DNA of 64,000 bases from Emiliania huxleyi CCMP1516 (Eukaryota): assembly GCF_000372725.1 (NCBI RefSeq), contig NW_005201421.1, positions 310,001-374,000 of the forward strand, written 5' to 3'. Each line of letters starts with the position of its first letter. The stretch's first letter is position 1. Below the pieces are notes generated by a model. The model had not been told where the DNA came from and made no database searches. It saw only the letters and a list, made by a program, of their open reading frames with translations. A program made the translations under genes and the position numbers. Positions 11,688 through 22,695 of the stretch are shown here, piece after piece.

Positions 11688-12217
11688 CTACCAAGTCGCC
11701 CGAACTCGTCCTTGGTTCGACGTGTCCATCGCGGCGGCCAGGTTGACGGAGAGAGGGAGGAGCGGCGTTTCCTTGGCCATGCAGTAGCCCGCCTGGACGC
11801 CCTTCTCGTACGCCTCGTCGGCCAGGAACCTCGTCCTCGTCTTCCAAGTCTCCCGGGCCGAGTGCATGGCGGCGACGAGCATGCTCCATCCGTGCTCGTA
11901 CAGCGCGGCGCGACGCAGCGAGCGGTGCGCTGAGGCCCATATCTCGGCGTCGGTGTCGAGCGCCTTCTGCCACGCCTGCGCGAGAGGGAATGCCCTGAGG
12001 GTGAGAGGAGTGAGAGTACAGAGAATAAGTTGTGCGCCAATACCTTGCAAGTCGCCAGAATGCTGCCAGCCGAGTTGACGTTGCTGCGTGCGACGCGAGC
12101 GTGGTCGAGCAGTGTACCGTCCATCGCATCCGTCGGGTAGATGCACTCGCGAGTGAGGTGCCGTGCGATCTCTACGACGACGACGTCGTCGAGTTTGGTC
12201 CAGTCGGGAGGGGGCAT
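11688..12217 (-). CDS. Hypothetical protein with possible F-box-like N-terminus (2 exons)
   Basis: PDWTKLDDVVVVEIARHL...ILATCK, then a GT-AG intron (~11995-12043), then AFPLAQAWQKAL...ATW*. Confidence 0.4.
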
Positions 12218-12420
12218 CGCGGGTGGGCCGGCAGACGGCGAAAGTGGGCCAGCTGAAGCAAGTGTCCCCAATCGCGGGGGGTGCCGATCGAGGGCTTTCG
12301 GTTGCTCTATTTCGTTTGGGCGCCCCTGTCCTGCCAGATTCTCTCCATTGGCTTGCTCGCGTAGTACGCCAGGCCTGCATAAATCGTTTTTCTTCTCGAT
12401 CGCTGAGGCAAAAAAAAGAT

Positions 12421-13188
12421 ATGTCGGCCTGCGTCATCCGCGTCCTGCTTGTGCTCCTCGCGTCCGCGTCGGTGCATTCGCGGCCCAGCAGCAGCCGCTC
12501 GGCGGCTGGCCCGCTCGGCCGCAGTGCGCGCAGATTCCAGCGGAGCCTTGTGAGCCGCGGGCGGGACGTCGACTTGCGAGAGCTGGTTGAGGCGACGCGC
12601 GAGCTGTGCGCGGTCCTCCTAAAGTTCGGCGCCTACATGGGTCCCTCCGTCTCCGACGTGCGCCGCAACCTGGAGCGCATCGAGGAGGCCCGGCGGAAAT
12701 GGCTTCGCGCGTCGCCGCGCCGCCGACAGCTCAGCATGAAGGCGCTGCTCGCGGCCGAGGTGGCGGCGGAGATCCACGGGCGTGGCGGAGTGCTCGCCGA
12801 CCCTTCGGGCGCCATGGGCCTGCTCTGGGTGCGCCGCGGCCTCGCCATGTGGGCCGACACCTTTGAGCAGCAGGCGCGAGCCATGCAGCAGGCCGCCGTC
12901 ACCGGCGAAGGAGAGGGCTCGCTCGCGGCGCACACGCGAGTGGCGTACGAGCGGACGGTGCAGGCGCACCACGGGTGGGTGTCGCGCCGCGCCTTTGGCG
13001 TCGCCTGCCGCGCGACGCCCGACTGGGAGACGGTCGTGCGCCGCGCGGGCCTGCGGACAGACAAGGGCGGCGACGAGGCGCTGCGGCTCGAGCTCAAGTG
13101 CTGGGCGGCGGCGGTGCGCGACCTGACCGAGGCGATGCGCTCGCTGCACACGGACCGCGACCTCGAGGACAGGCGCAAGTCCGTCTGA
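12421..13188 (+). CDS. Glycolipid transfer protein (GLTP/HET-C2/ACD11 fold) with signal-peptide-like N-terminus
   Basis: Motifs SDVRRNLERI, SGAMGLLWVRRGL and AYERTVQAHHGWVSRRAF; hydrophobic leader MSACVIRVLLVLLASASVHS. Confidence 0.85.
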   Translation: MSACVIRVLLVLLASASVHSRPSSSRSAAGPLGRSARRFQRSLVSRGRDVDLRELVEATRELCAVLLKFGAYMGPSVSDVRRNLERIEEARRKWLRASPRRRQLSMKALLAAEVAAEIHGRGGVLADPSGAMGLLWVRRGLAMWADTFEQQARAMQQAAVTGEGEGSLAAHTRVAYERTVQAHHGWVSRRAFGVACRATPDWETVVRRAGLRTDKGGDEALRLELKCWAAAVRDLTEAMRSLHTDRDLEDRRKSV

Positions 13189-13521
13189 TGAGCGGGGTAG
13201 TCGGCAGAGAGGGCGCGCTCTCTCTCTGCTTTCTCTCGAGCAGTCAGTGTCAGAGTCACACACGTCACACCGACCTTTAGAGCTTTATACACGTGTTCTG
13301 CATGCCCCATGCCGCGCATGTCCTTTAATTACATTCATATCCATGAGACGTAAAGAGGTCCACGTTGCGCGACTGTACACATGCACATGCGCGATCTTCG
13401 CACTGCGGCTGGGGGGCTGCAGTGGGGAGGCTTCTCCGAGCTCAAAACGCAGAGTAACCCAGAAAACGGCCGCACGCACATCGTCGGCTCAGAGCGCGGC
13501 AGCACCGGATCCGGCGGCGCC

Positions 13522-14196
13522 CTACCAGGGCGGATCCCACTGGCTCTGTCCCGTCTCGTCATTCACGTAGTACGTCTGCCCGCTCGCCGGGTCGACCGCC
13601 GAGGTCCAGCCCTGGTAGCCGCCCTGCTGTGTGTAGCCCTGCTGGTCGTAGCCGCCCTGCCGGCCTCCGCTCTCGTCGAAGCAGGTGAAGACCGCGCCCT
13701 CAGGGTTATTGCAGTCCAGGCTCACCTGCAGGCCGTCGGACAGCAGCACGCTCTCGCCCTTGTAGAGCGGGCTCCAAGGGCCGCCGAAGGCGCGATATAG
13801 CGATGGCGCCTTGCCACACCCGACCAGAGTGGGCGTGCCGTCGGCGAGGACCCTCACCATGCACTGCACCCGCGAGACGGTCAACGCCTCGTTCATCATG
13901 TTCCAGCGGCTCAACACCTGGTCCTCGCCGTTGCGCACCGTGTAGGGCAGAGCCCAATATTTCGGCAAAGCGGGAAAGCGGAATTGAGGCATGGCCTGGA
14001 CGCCGTAGCTAGCGTCAATGCGCCACTGCACACCGCCGTAGCTCTGCTGGTAGTTCTGCTGCTGATCCATGTAGCCGTACTGCATCCTCGCCACAGCACT
14101 TCTCACGGCACGATACGAGGCCGCACTGCTGGGCTCGACCGTCGGCAACGTCCATCCTGTCACGTGAGGCAAAAAGCACAGCAGCAGACTCGTCAT
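13522..14196 (-). CDS. Signal-peptide protein with FHA-like beta domain and C-terminal WW domain
   Basis: Leader MTSLLLCFLPHVTG; VLSRWNM..TVSRVQCMV..LSDGLQVSL is FHA-like; GWTSAVDPASGQTYYVNDETGQSQWDPP is a WW domain. Confidence 0.75.
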   Translation of the reverse strand: MTSLLLCFLPHVTGWTLPTVEPSSAASYRAVRSAVARMQYGYMDQQQNYQQSYGGVQWRIDASYGVQAMPQFRFPALPKYWALPYTVRNGEDQVLSRWNMMNEALTVSRVQCMVRVLADGTPTLVGCGKAPSLYRAFGGPWSPLYKGESVLLSDGLQVSLDCNNPEGAVFTCFDESGGRQGGYDQQGYTQQGGYQGWTSAVDPASGQTYYVNDETGQSQWDPPW

Positions 14197-14287
14197 GGTA
14201 GGCCGAGAGGGCTGGAGAAGCCCTGTACCGACGCTGGGCACCACCAAGGCACCAGGGAAAAAGAATTGTACACGGAACATACAAGCT

Positions 14288-14331
14288 ATCCCTCCCTTGG
14301 GTTGTTTTCTTTCTTTCTTTCTTTCTTTCTT
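14288..14331 (+). mobile_element. Family-1 insertion with (TTTC)n tail and 11-bp TSD
   Basis: acatacaagct at 14277-14287 and 14332-14342. Confidence 0.85.
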
Positions 14332-15313
14332 ACATACAAGCTGTCAAGCTCTAAACAAGATCATAAGCGGTGACCGCCTGCTCCGACGGATGCAGACAGA
14401 ACGAGAAAGAAACAAGGAAGGTACAGCCTGCGTGTGCTTTTTTCTACACGATTGGGAGGCCACTAGGCCCTTCCTCGCCTTCCAGCTTCCTTATCCTCGA
14501 CGCGTCATCCAGAACGTCCAAACTCATAAACCGTGATCGGTCCGGCCCTTGGAAGTCCCTTTCGAGCTCACATTGTGATGCCCTCCGCGCGCCTTTACCT
14601 CGTGATCGCTGCAGCCGCCTCACAGACCCGTCTCCTGGACGGCGCTCCTGTCACCGGCTTCCTTGCTGAGCTCTACGAGTCGTTTCAGGCGGCGGAAAGA
14701 AGAGGCGGAGTCACCGAGTCCACGCCGGCAGACACGGCCAGCCGCCACACAGACCAGGGCTGTGAAGGCTGGTCGTGCTACCTCTCTTCCTGGGCCTGCT
14801 GCTCGACGAAGAGCGAGCCATCTGCGGTGCGTGAAGTTCCGGACGCGGCTAAGCGGTCCTTCCTCTCTGCAATTGATACAGCGTTGGAGGGGGAAGAACC
14901 CAACTTCGACCACTTAGCAGCAGGGTCGCAGCCGCAGGGCTGTTACAACGCACAGCATCGCTGGACCATGCCCTGCGACCTTGGCGCACGCCCGACCCAC
15001 GCGGCGATGATGCAGCCGCACGGCATGACGAGATACCGCCAGAGCCACTCAACTTCGACGGGCAATACCTACCGCGAACTGCATGGCGTATGACCTCGCG
15101 CGGATATCACCAACGACGAGCATGCGAAGATAGGGAACAATATCTTGTACAGGCTGTGCTCCCCGCTGTGCCACGGCGTATGATGGGCTGCGAGAGCCGT
15201 ATCTTCCCTCCTTGAGGCAGAGGCGCCGCGATGCACGAGAGGCGTAGAAGAGAGGCTGGCGTGCCCCGCACCTCCCAGTTGGCAGTAGGAGGGCCCGCCG
15301 GTGAGACCACTGA

Positions 15314-15404
15314 ATAAATAAATAAATAAAACGGACACCTCTACTAGGAGATGGGTAAAAAGGAACAGGTCCCCGCCCTGCGGTCTTTGTGCAGGGTTCT
15401 TTGT
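15314..15404 (-). mobile_element. Family-4 insertion with (TTTA)n tail and 12-bp TSD; related copy at 25098-25272
   Basis: tgagaccactga at 15302-15313 and 15405-15416. The motif aataaataaa..aacggaca..ctagg..tgggt..gtcccc is shared with the copy starting at 25098. Confidence 0.8.
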
Positions 15405-15486
15405 TGAGACCACTGATTTTGGTGCCGACCATAAATTATCGCCACTGGAACGCATGCTACTTACAGCTGCTGTCTGTACAGAGATG

Positions 15487-15620
15487 CCAGCACCCCCCAC
15501 AGGCAGAGCGCTACTGCTGGGGGGGGTCCGGACCCCCCCAGCAGCAGAGCGCTGCTGCTGGGGGGGGGGGGGGGTCCCGACCCCCCCAGCAACAAAACGC
15601 TGCTGCTGGGGGGGGGGTCG
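15487..15620. repeat. Palindromic G/C-rich tandem array (overlapping hairpins)
   Basis: Alternating ccccccagcagcag and ctgctgctgggggg arms with tccgga and agcg loops, about three units. Confidence 0.75.
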
Positions 15621-16019
15621 GCCATGGCTTTAGATGTGCAGGGGGGGTACCGAGTACCGAGCAGTGAGCGGCCGCTCAAGGGATCCACACACGAGATCGG
15701 ACTTCGGAGGCGCAACACGCTGGGAGGTGCGGGAGTGGGGAGAGGAGGAGCACCCGAGCAGACACTCTCCCCTCTCTCGACTCTGGTTCGTTCTGCCGCT
15801 CACTCTGACAGCATGCACATGACATGCAAATTCGGGGCAGTTGCCAGCGGTTCGGCACCAGGGGGCGGCATGCGCCTCTCTCAAATATGTGACCAAGTGA
15901 GTCAGAGCTGTGTCAGTGCACATTGTGTGTGCTCTCCTCTCTCGGTATAAAAGGGTCCTGAAAAGGGTGATGGGTGTGTTCCGCGACCGCCGGCCGCCGT
16001 CACTCTTTGTTTCGCGTCT

Positions 16020-17745
16020 TTATTCCCCGGGCACTGGCACCGCCTCTGCGACACACCACCACGCCATCGTCCAAGCGCCGCGGCCCGAAGCTGCTCGGTC
16101 GCTCGGCCGCTCATACCAGGATGAGGTGAGGCTGACCATGTGCCACCCGCGCTCCGTAGACAGGAGACTGCGTAGTTGGCTCTCCGAGATGCGGCGCGGG
16201 TTGCTCCATGGGTCCGGGTTCGCGTCGGAGAAGCAGCCGACGAAGAGCTTGCCTCCGGCGCGCATCAGCGGGCGGAGGCCGTCGACGAAGGCTCGCTGCG
16301 AGTCGTCGTCGAGGCAGTGCAGCATCGCCGAGTCGAGCGCGACCTCGAAGCCACCGAGCTCGCTCGCGCGCGCCTGCACCCGCGCCGCGCCGGCGAGGTC
16401 GGTGGCGGAAGCGGCGACGAACTCTGTCGCGCCGCCCGCCGCGGAGATGCGCGCAGAGACGCTCGCGGCGCGCGCCTGCGCCATCTCGACGGCGCTCAGC
16501 GACACGTCGAAACCGACCACGTCGTGCCCGCGCTCGGCGAGCCAATTCGCGTTGTCCCCCGCGCCACAGCCGCAATCGAGGATGACGGTGCCCCGTCGCC
16601 CAAAGGCGCCCTCGTCGAACGCGTTGCGCACCGGCGGCTGAGGCCTGCCGAGCAGGTCCCACGGCACGCCCCCGGCCGCGTAGTCGAGGGAGCGAAAGTA
16701 CTCCTCCGGCAACGCCTCGTCGTTGGCCGCCGCGAAAGCGTGCAGAGGCGCGCGCCTCGCCTCGTCCGCCGCCGCCGCGCCGCCGGCGGCCGCCGCCCTC
16801 GCTTGGCCTCGCTCCTGGTCAAGGTCGGCCAACACGCCAGCAAGCCCCGGCCAGCCAGGCTCCGCCTNNNNNNNNNNNNNNNNNNNNNNNNNNNNNNNNN
16901 NNNNNNNNNNNNNNNNNNNNNNNNNNNNNNNNNNNNNNNNNNNNNNNNNNNNNNNNNNNNNNNNNNNCGAGTAGCACGCCCTCTTTCCCAAACACGTAGG
17001 GCACCGACGGGCGGCCGGTGCTCATCGCCAGCTCGGCGTGCTCGGGGCTGTACTTGTCGACGACGACGTGGCGGTACGCGATGCCGCGGGCCTCGAGCTC
17101 GGCCCTCGCCTTGGTGCAGAAGCCGCAGCGCGGCCATGCGACCAGCGTAAAGGCGGAGGCAGTCCCTCCCTCCTCCTCCACCGCCTTGGTCTGCTCCGCG
17201 AGGCGCCGCCGCACCGCCAGCCAGTCGTAGGGCGGGGAGTCTCGTCTTGCATAGTCGGCGTAGATGCCGCCGCCGGAGCCAGGAGCGCCTGCAAAGCCGC
17301 AGCGCAGCATCTCTGCCGGCGTCGCCTCTCCAAGCTCACAGTCGGGGAGCGGAAGGTAGGTCGCCGCTCCGCCAGCCGAGGGAGGAGGCGCCTCGATGGC
17401 GAGACGGACGCCCCGCATCAGCCCGTGCTCCCTCTTCTCTGTGCGGAGCGGCGGGTAGAGGCGGCAGGCGTGCTCCGCGATGAGCCGCCGCTGGAGCGTT
17501 GCGGCGCGGACAAGCGCAGCCACGCTCCAGTCAGCCGCCTCCGGCGTCCCAGCAGCCAAATGTCCGACTGGCTGCCACACATCGGCCACGAGCGCGTGGA
17601 TGGGCGTCGGTGCCGCACCTCGGCCGGCGGTGAAGGCGACGTAGGACAGCAGCTGGCGGCGAGGGCACGGCGCTCTGGCTGCGAGGCTGGACGGACCGCA
17701 GAGGCCACGGGTGGCCGCAGCAGCCAGGATCAAGCCAGGTAGCAT
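16020..17745 (-). CDS. Probable glutaredoxin plus class-I SAM methyltransferase fusion (spans a gap)
   Basis: Hydrophobic leader; WPRCGFCTKAR...TGRPSVPYVF (Grx); gap; PGWPGL; then VPWD..PQP..LDCGCGAGDNANWLA..GFDVS..DSAMLHCL (methyltransferase). Confidence 0.7.
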
Positions 17746-18789
17746 GGGCTAGGCTGGCACCGTTCCTCGAGAGAGCAGCAGAGCTGGCGGCGGCGCGAGA
17801 ATGGGAAAGAGTTGGCGGGCGCGAGAGCTGGCGGCGCTGGGCGAGAGCAGCGAGAAGCCCCAAGACCGGTGCCGGCGAGGTGTCCGAACAAGCACAAGAA
17901 ATTGCGCGGGCTGTTCTTTTAGCTTGGCCGTACGTCATGATGAAATTCTGCAAAAACCTGGCCGGCCCCTGCCCTGCCCCTACCTACCTACCTACCTACC
18001 TACCCTACTTATGGGAAACTAAAAAAGAAATCAGGCCGGGTGAAGGTGGGGTACTATACCAACTGAAGTGATGGTTGGTCTCTCCTGCAACCACAGTCCT
18101 TCCTGTGACATGGCAGGCCACTCTCATGCCCTACAAAGCATCAGATCACCCACTTGGGGAGGGTTGACATCGATCATCGTGATTTCCGCGGAAAATTTCT
18201 TTTTCTGCCTGTTTCTGCTGAGAAAATTCCAGCGTGAAGAGAGGGAAAACCCCGACGGGAGGGCCCAGACCTACCCTACCTACCGCGTCATGACGTACGG
18301 CCAATATGCAAGGAACAAACACCCGCTTCTTGAGCACTTTTGTGCACTGGATTGGGTCGATTCCGCATGGCACGGGACCCCTCGATCGTCGTGTTTCTTC
18401 TCACCATTTCCTGAGACGGTGCCGACGGGACGCCGCTCGAAGGGCGACTCCCGCGGAGGCACGGACTGGCATCCGTGGGCCGTGGGCCCGTGGCCCGCCC
18501 GCCCGGGGGCTCGACGCTCGTCTTCGAAAAGTCAGGTATGGCTCCGCCCGCAACTTTCTCGCTGACACGCGCGCCCCGTCGAGCTTACGGCGGAACACCT
18601 CACACGACCCCACACATGGTCTTGTCCGTGCCCTGCGGCCGGGCGGCGAGATTGCTAGAGGCGGAGCAGTCTGCTCTAGCCTCACACGTTATTCGTTACC
18701 CCCTGTCGCCTGTCTGTGTTTGTGTGCTGTTGTTTGAGCCCTTGGCACCGTGGGTGCTGGGGGGGGCGACAGGGGGGACGTGGCCAAGA

Positions 18790-19060
18790 GTGATGTGTAC
18801 GCCCACTCGGGGTGTGTGGCAGCCCAGCTGGATGACATGTGTGTCTTGTGAGCTTGTGTGTGTCTGTGTGTCGCTCGAGCGTGTCGCCGTCATCTGTCCT
18901 GCATCTGTCTCGCGTCCACCCATACCGCGTTGGTCTCCAGTCCGAGCCTGACTGTTCTTCACCTTCCTAGATACATACATACTGAGTGTCTTGTGAGCTT
19001 GTGTGTGTCTGTGTGTTGCTCGAGCGTGTCGTCGTCTTCGGTCTCTCGCGTCCCCACCCA
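18790..19060 (+). mobile_element. Family-2 short element, two tandem copies
   Basis: gtgtcttgtgagc..cgtccacccataccgcgttggt.tccagtccgagcctg.ctgttcttcaccttccta matches 24583-24750 and 63502-63591. Confidence 0.8.
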
Positions 19061-21284
19061 CCAGCCGCCCGTGCAGCGAATCGAAGGGCCCCGATGGCTA
19101 GCCCGATGTGACCTCAAAAGGGCCGATTGGTGCTTTTAGCTCGACGCTTTTAGCAGTCCGCACGCAGTCCGCACTCTCACGCCCCGCTGCCGGCACCTTG
19201 TCCTTGGATGTAGCTCTGCAAAGGCGCAAGGCGATCCCGTCGATGCCGAGAGCGCGAGCGCACCAATTGGCGCGGCGTGACGACTGCTTTGGCCTTTGCA
19301 GCCAAAGGTGTCCGCAAGACTGCTTTGCAGCCGAAGATCCGCAAGCACCGCACGCGCCTCCGCCTTGACGCTTCAGCTCATCGGCAGGACGCAGCGTGAC
19401 TCCCAACTAGTCCCACGCAGGTCGCAGAGTTGGAGAGGCCGCCTACCCTCGCACACCGCCCCCAGTGCAGCCCGACAGTCGTCACAGCTTCTTGATGGGC
19501 GTGCGATGTGCAGCTCGGACATCGCTTGAGGCGTGATTTTTGCACAAACATTTTATTTGGGAAAGCCTGTCGACAGAGCTCAAGACAGAGCGGCCGGCGG
19601 GAGAGAGAAGCAGCGCGGGATGGGAGAGAACGAAACGCCACACTGGCAGGCACGGAGTGAGGCATGCCACAACGGTGCCGAGCGGTCGTAAAAGGAGCAT
19701 GCGTCTATGAGCCCATTCTGCGTTCCTTCAACGCCTCTGTCTATTCCTCTCGCTGAGCTACTTGGTTGGAAAAGGATGACGACCAGAGAGGCGCCCAACC
19801 CGAACGTCTACTCGGAAGGGTCTGCTGCTGGTCGCTGCTTGGCTGTGGCTCGACAACAACAACATCTTCACTCAGCATGGCAAAAGGCGCGCCGCCGACC
19901 GATGAGAGCTTGCAAGGACGGCCGAAGGCTATCATTTTCTTTTTTGTTATTTTCGCCTTGCAAGCTTCCAAACCATAAAAAAGAACGCTGCGGGCTCGGT
20001 CGGCATTGCTCAGAAGGAGAAAGCGGATACAAAACAAGAACACAACGCACTCTCTCACATGACAAGCGATCCCACGAGGCGGTACAGGCAGAGGCGGTAA
20101 AGGCAGTACTCGGGCCCATCGTAGGTCTTGTCCAGGGGCCATCGGCACTCCGGGCAGTGCTCGGCGTCGTCGGGGACGCGGTCCCGGCCGCATGCATGGT
20201 GGCCGCGGCGTGGCCGGGGAGGGCGGCGTGGCGCCGGCATCTCCAGCGGGGGAGGAGGCAGGCTCGGGCGGCGACGGCGGTGCCGACGGCGGTGGGTGTG
20301 CGTCGCCCGACGGTTGTGGGTACAATTGGTCTCCAGTCGGCGCGGCGTTGCATTTTTGCTCCCGGCTAAGGGAGCAAGCAAGCCCACTCAACCCCAAGTA
20401 CTCACCATTCTTACAGTGGTGTAGCTTGTGCAGAGGCTGCAGCCTCTGCTGGGGCGGAATGCGCGGGGTTTTCGGCGCGATGCCCTCGGTGAGTACACGC
20501 TACCGCGGTGCCGCAAGCTCTCCTGCGCGCGCGTGACGTGTGGGACGCGTGCGCTGCGCTCAAACGTCGCGATTTGGCGATAGGCGCTCGAGCCGGCGCA
20601 CAGCGGATAGGTGCGCCGCGCAGGGGGGGTCGGAGGGGTGCGAGAGGGGGCGTGGGTCGGGCGCGCACCGGACGGCCCTGGGAACGGCCGTCACGTCGAG
20701 GAGTGGGGCTGTTGGCGGCTCGAGCGCCGAGGCGAGCCGCGCTCTGCTGCGCCGCCGACAGCCCCTCTTCCGAGCCGGCGCGTGGAGGCGAGCCGCGGCC
20801 GGTGTCGCTGGTGCGGGGGCGGCGCAGCGTTTACCCCCCCCCCCCCCCGCCCGCGCCCGCCCGCCCGCCCGCCCGCCCTCAGGCCTTGCCCCACCGCAGG
20901 CGCGGGAGCGCTCGCGGCCGAGCNNNNNNNNNNNNNNNNNNNNNNNNNNNNNNNNNNNNNNNNNNNNNNNNNNNNNNNNNNNNNNNNNNNNNNNNNNNNN
21001 NNNNNNNNNNNNNNNNNNNNNNNTTGCGGTTTGTTTCCCGCCCTATGGTTTTCGGGTGCGGCGCCCCCCCCAGGGCCCCCGGAAGGGGGTCCCCACCCCC
21101 CTACCCCACCCGTCGGGCGGCCGCCGCGGCCCCGCGGGGGCCCGGGCCGCCGCGGCCCCCGGTGTAGCGTTTGGGGGGGGGCGACTGGCGACGGCAAAAA
21201 TGCAAGCCCCGCCCCTGGCCACTGTTTTAAGTACCAGCGAAAAAGAATTCTTCGTGGAGCTCTCCGCGAGCTTCGCTTGCCTCC

Positions 21285-22139
21285 ATGCTGCTGCGCTTGG
21301 CTGTTGCTGCCGCGCTGTTCGTCAGCGCAGAGGGCCTGCTCGGCTCGGTGGCGCGGGCGACGGCGCCCGCCGCCGCGTGCTCGCGCGCCGACCTCGCGAT
21401 GCGCGTCTTCGACTGGAAGACGCGCGGCTCCGAGGCGCCCACGCTCGAGGGGCTCGACCTGGGCTCGCTCTCAAAGTCGCCTGGCTCGGCGGTGAGGACC
21501 CGCCCCGGGGCCACCCCTCCCGAAGCGCCCGCGGCCGCGCCACCCGCCCTCCGCCCCCAGTCCGCCCTCCGGCCTGCGCCCTTGACCCGCGCTGCCGCCG
21601 CCCCCCGCAGCACCGCGCGGCGCGCAAGGGTCGCGGCATTTCGGCGGGGCAGGGCGCGACGTGCGGCTTCGGCACCCGTGGCCAAAAGTCGCGCAGCGGC
21701 CACTCCACCCGCCCCGGCTTTGAGGGCGGCCAGATCCCGCTCTACCGCCGGCGAGCCCCGCCGCCCCCTTGTCGCGCCCCTGCTGTGCCCAAAAGCCGAG
21801 CCCCGCTCCCCGCTCCGCCCTCGCAGTCTCCCCAAGTTCGTGGGCCGGCCCACCGGCCCCGGGCACACGAAGACCGAGTACGAGATCATCAAGGTCTCCG
21901 CCCTCAACCAGCTCGACGACGGCGCCGAGGTTGACTATGCGGCCCTGCTGGCGGCGCGTGCCGTCTCAAAGTCCAAGCGGAAGCTCAACAAGGTGGTGGG
22001 CGCCGCGGACAAGCTGACCGTCAAGAACCTGAAGGTTCGCGCGCACGCCTTCACCTCCTCCGCCCGCGCCGAGATCGAGGCGCTCGGCGGATCTTGCATC
22101 GAGCTCTCGCCCACGACTGGCGAGCCAGTGGCAGCGTGA
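21285..22139 (+). CDS. rpl15: Plastid 50S ribosomal protein L15, nucleus-encoded, 3 exons
   Basis: [44 protein letters not shown]...[17 protein letters not shown], preceded by a signal plus transit-like leader. Confidence 0.93.
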   Translation: MLLRLAVAAALFVSAEGLLGSVARATAPAAACSRADLAMRVFDWKTRGSEAPTLEGLDLGSLSKSPGSAVRTRPGATPPEAPAAAPPALRPQSALRPAPLTRAAAAPRSTARRARVAAFRRGRARRAASAPVAKSRAAATPPAPALRAARSRSTAGEPRRPLVAPLLCPKAEPRSPLRPRSLPKFVGRPTGPGHTKTEYEIIKVSALNQLDDGAEVDYAALLAARAVSKSKRKLNKVVGAADKLTVKNLKVRAHAFTSSARAEIEALGGSCIELSPTTGEPVAA

Positions 22140-22695
22140 GACGGCTGCGTGAGACGTTCGGCTGCGTGAGACGTCGCCGCGAGGGAGGTGGTGCAGAGGG
22201 GCGAGGCGGCGTCAACTCGCGGCTGGATTGGCCTCTAACACACACTTTGAGAGAGGCTCCTTTGCCCTGCCCCGCTGCCGCGCGCCCTATAAGCCGTATC
22301 CGTATGTGCCTTGGACATTTCTGATTTTTCACGATGTGCTGTGGTCGCCCACGTAACTTTACAATTTGCATCGAACACCACGCGTGACACGACATCAGGC
22401 GGGGCTGGGCGCTTGGTGGCTGGGGGGCGCGAAGAGATCGCTCCACCCACACACCGACCTGTGACACCCGCACCCCGTGTGTGACTGTGAGCTGCTCAGT
22501 GCTCAGCAGTGGCGAGTGGGCCACTGGCAGTGCTCCCCCCTGTGCGCCCTGAGCTGTGCGACGTGCGAGGCCCGGCTCCGAGGCGTATACGTGTGAGCGC
22601 CGGCGCCCGCACGCCAGGCTCGCGGGTCAGACGAGATGCTCTTGCGTTACTAGCTGTTCGGAGATCTCACAGTGGAGCGGGGCCGGCCGCCAGCG

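Noticed and set aside
14578..15093. ORF with a possible signal peptide
   Set aside because: No recognisable motif and atypical codon usage; cannot be supported.
20055..20240. Small Cys-containing ORF (HCPECRWP)
   Set aside because: Too short and unsupported to call a zinc-ribbon gene.
20500..21280. G/C-run-rich sequence and ORFs beside the gap (also 40330-40650 and 61600-61854)
   Set aside because: Looks like low-quality read ends; apparent substitutions and homopolymers there are unreliable.
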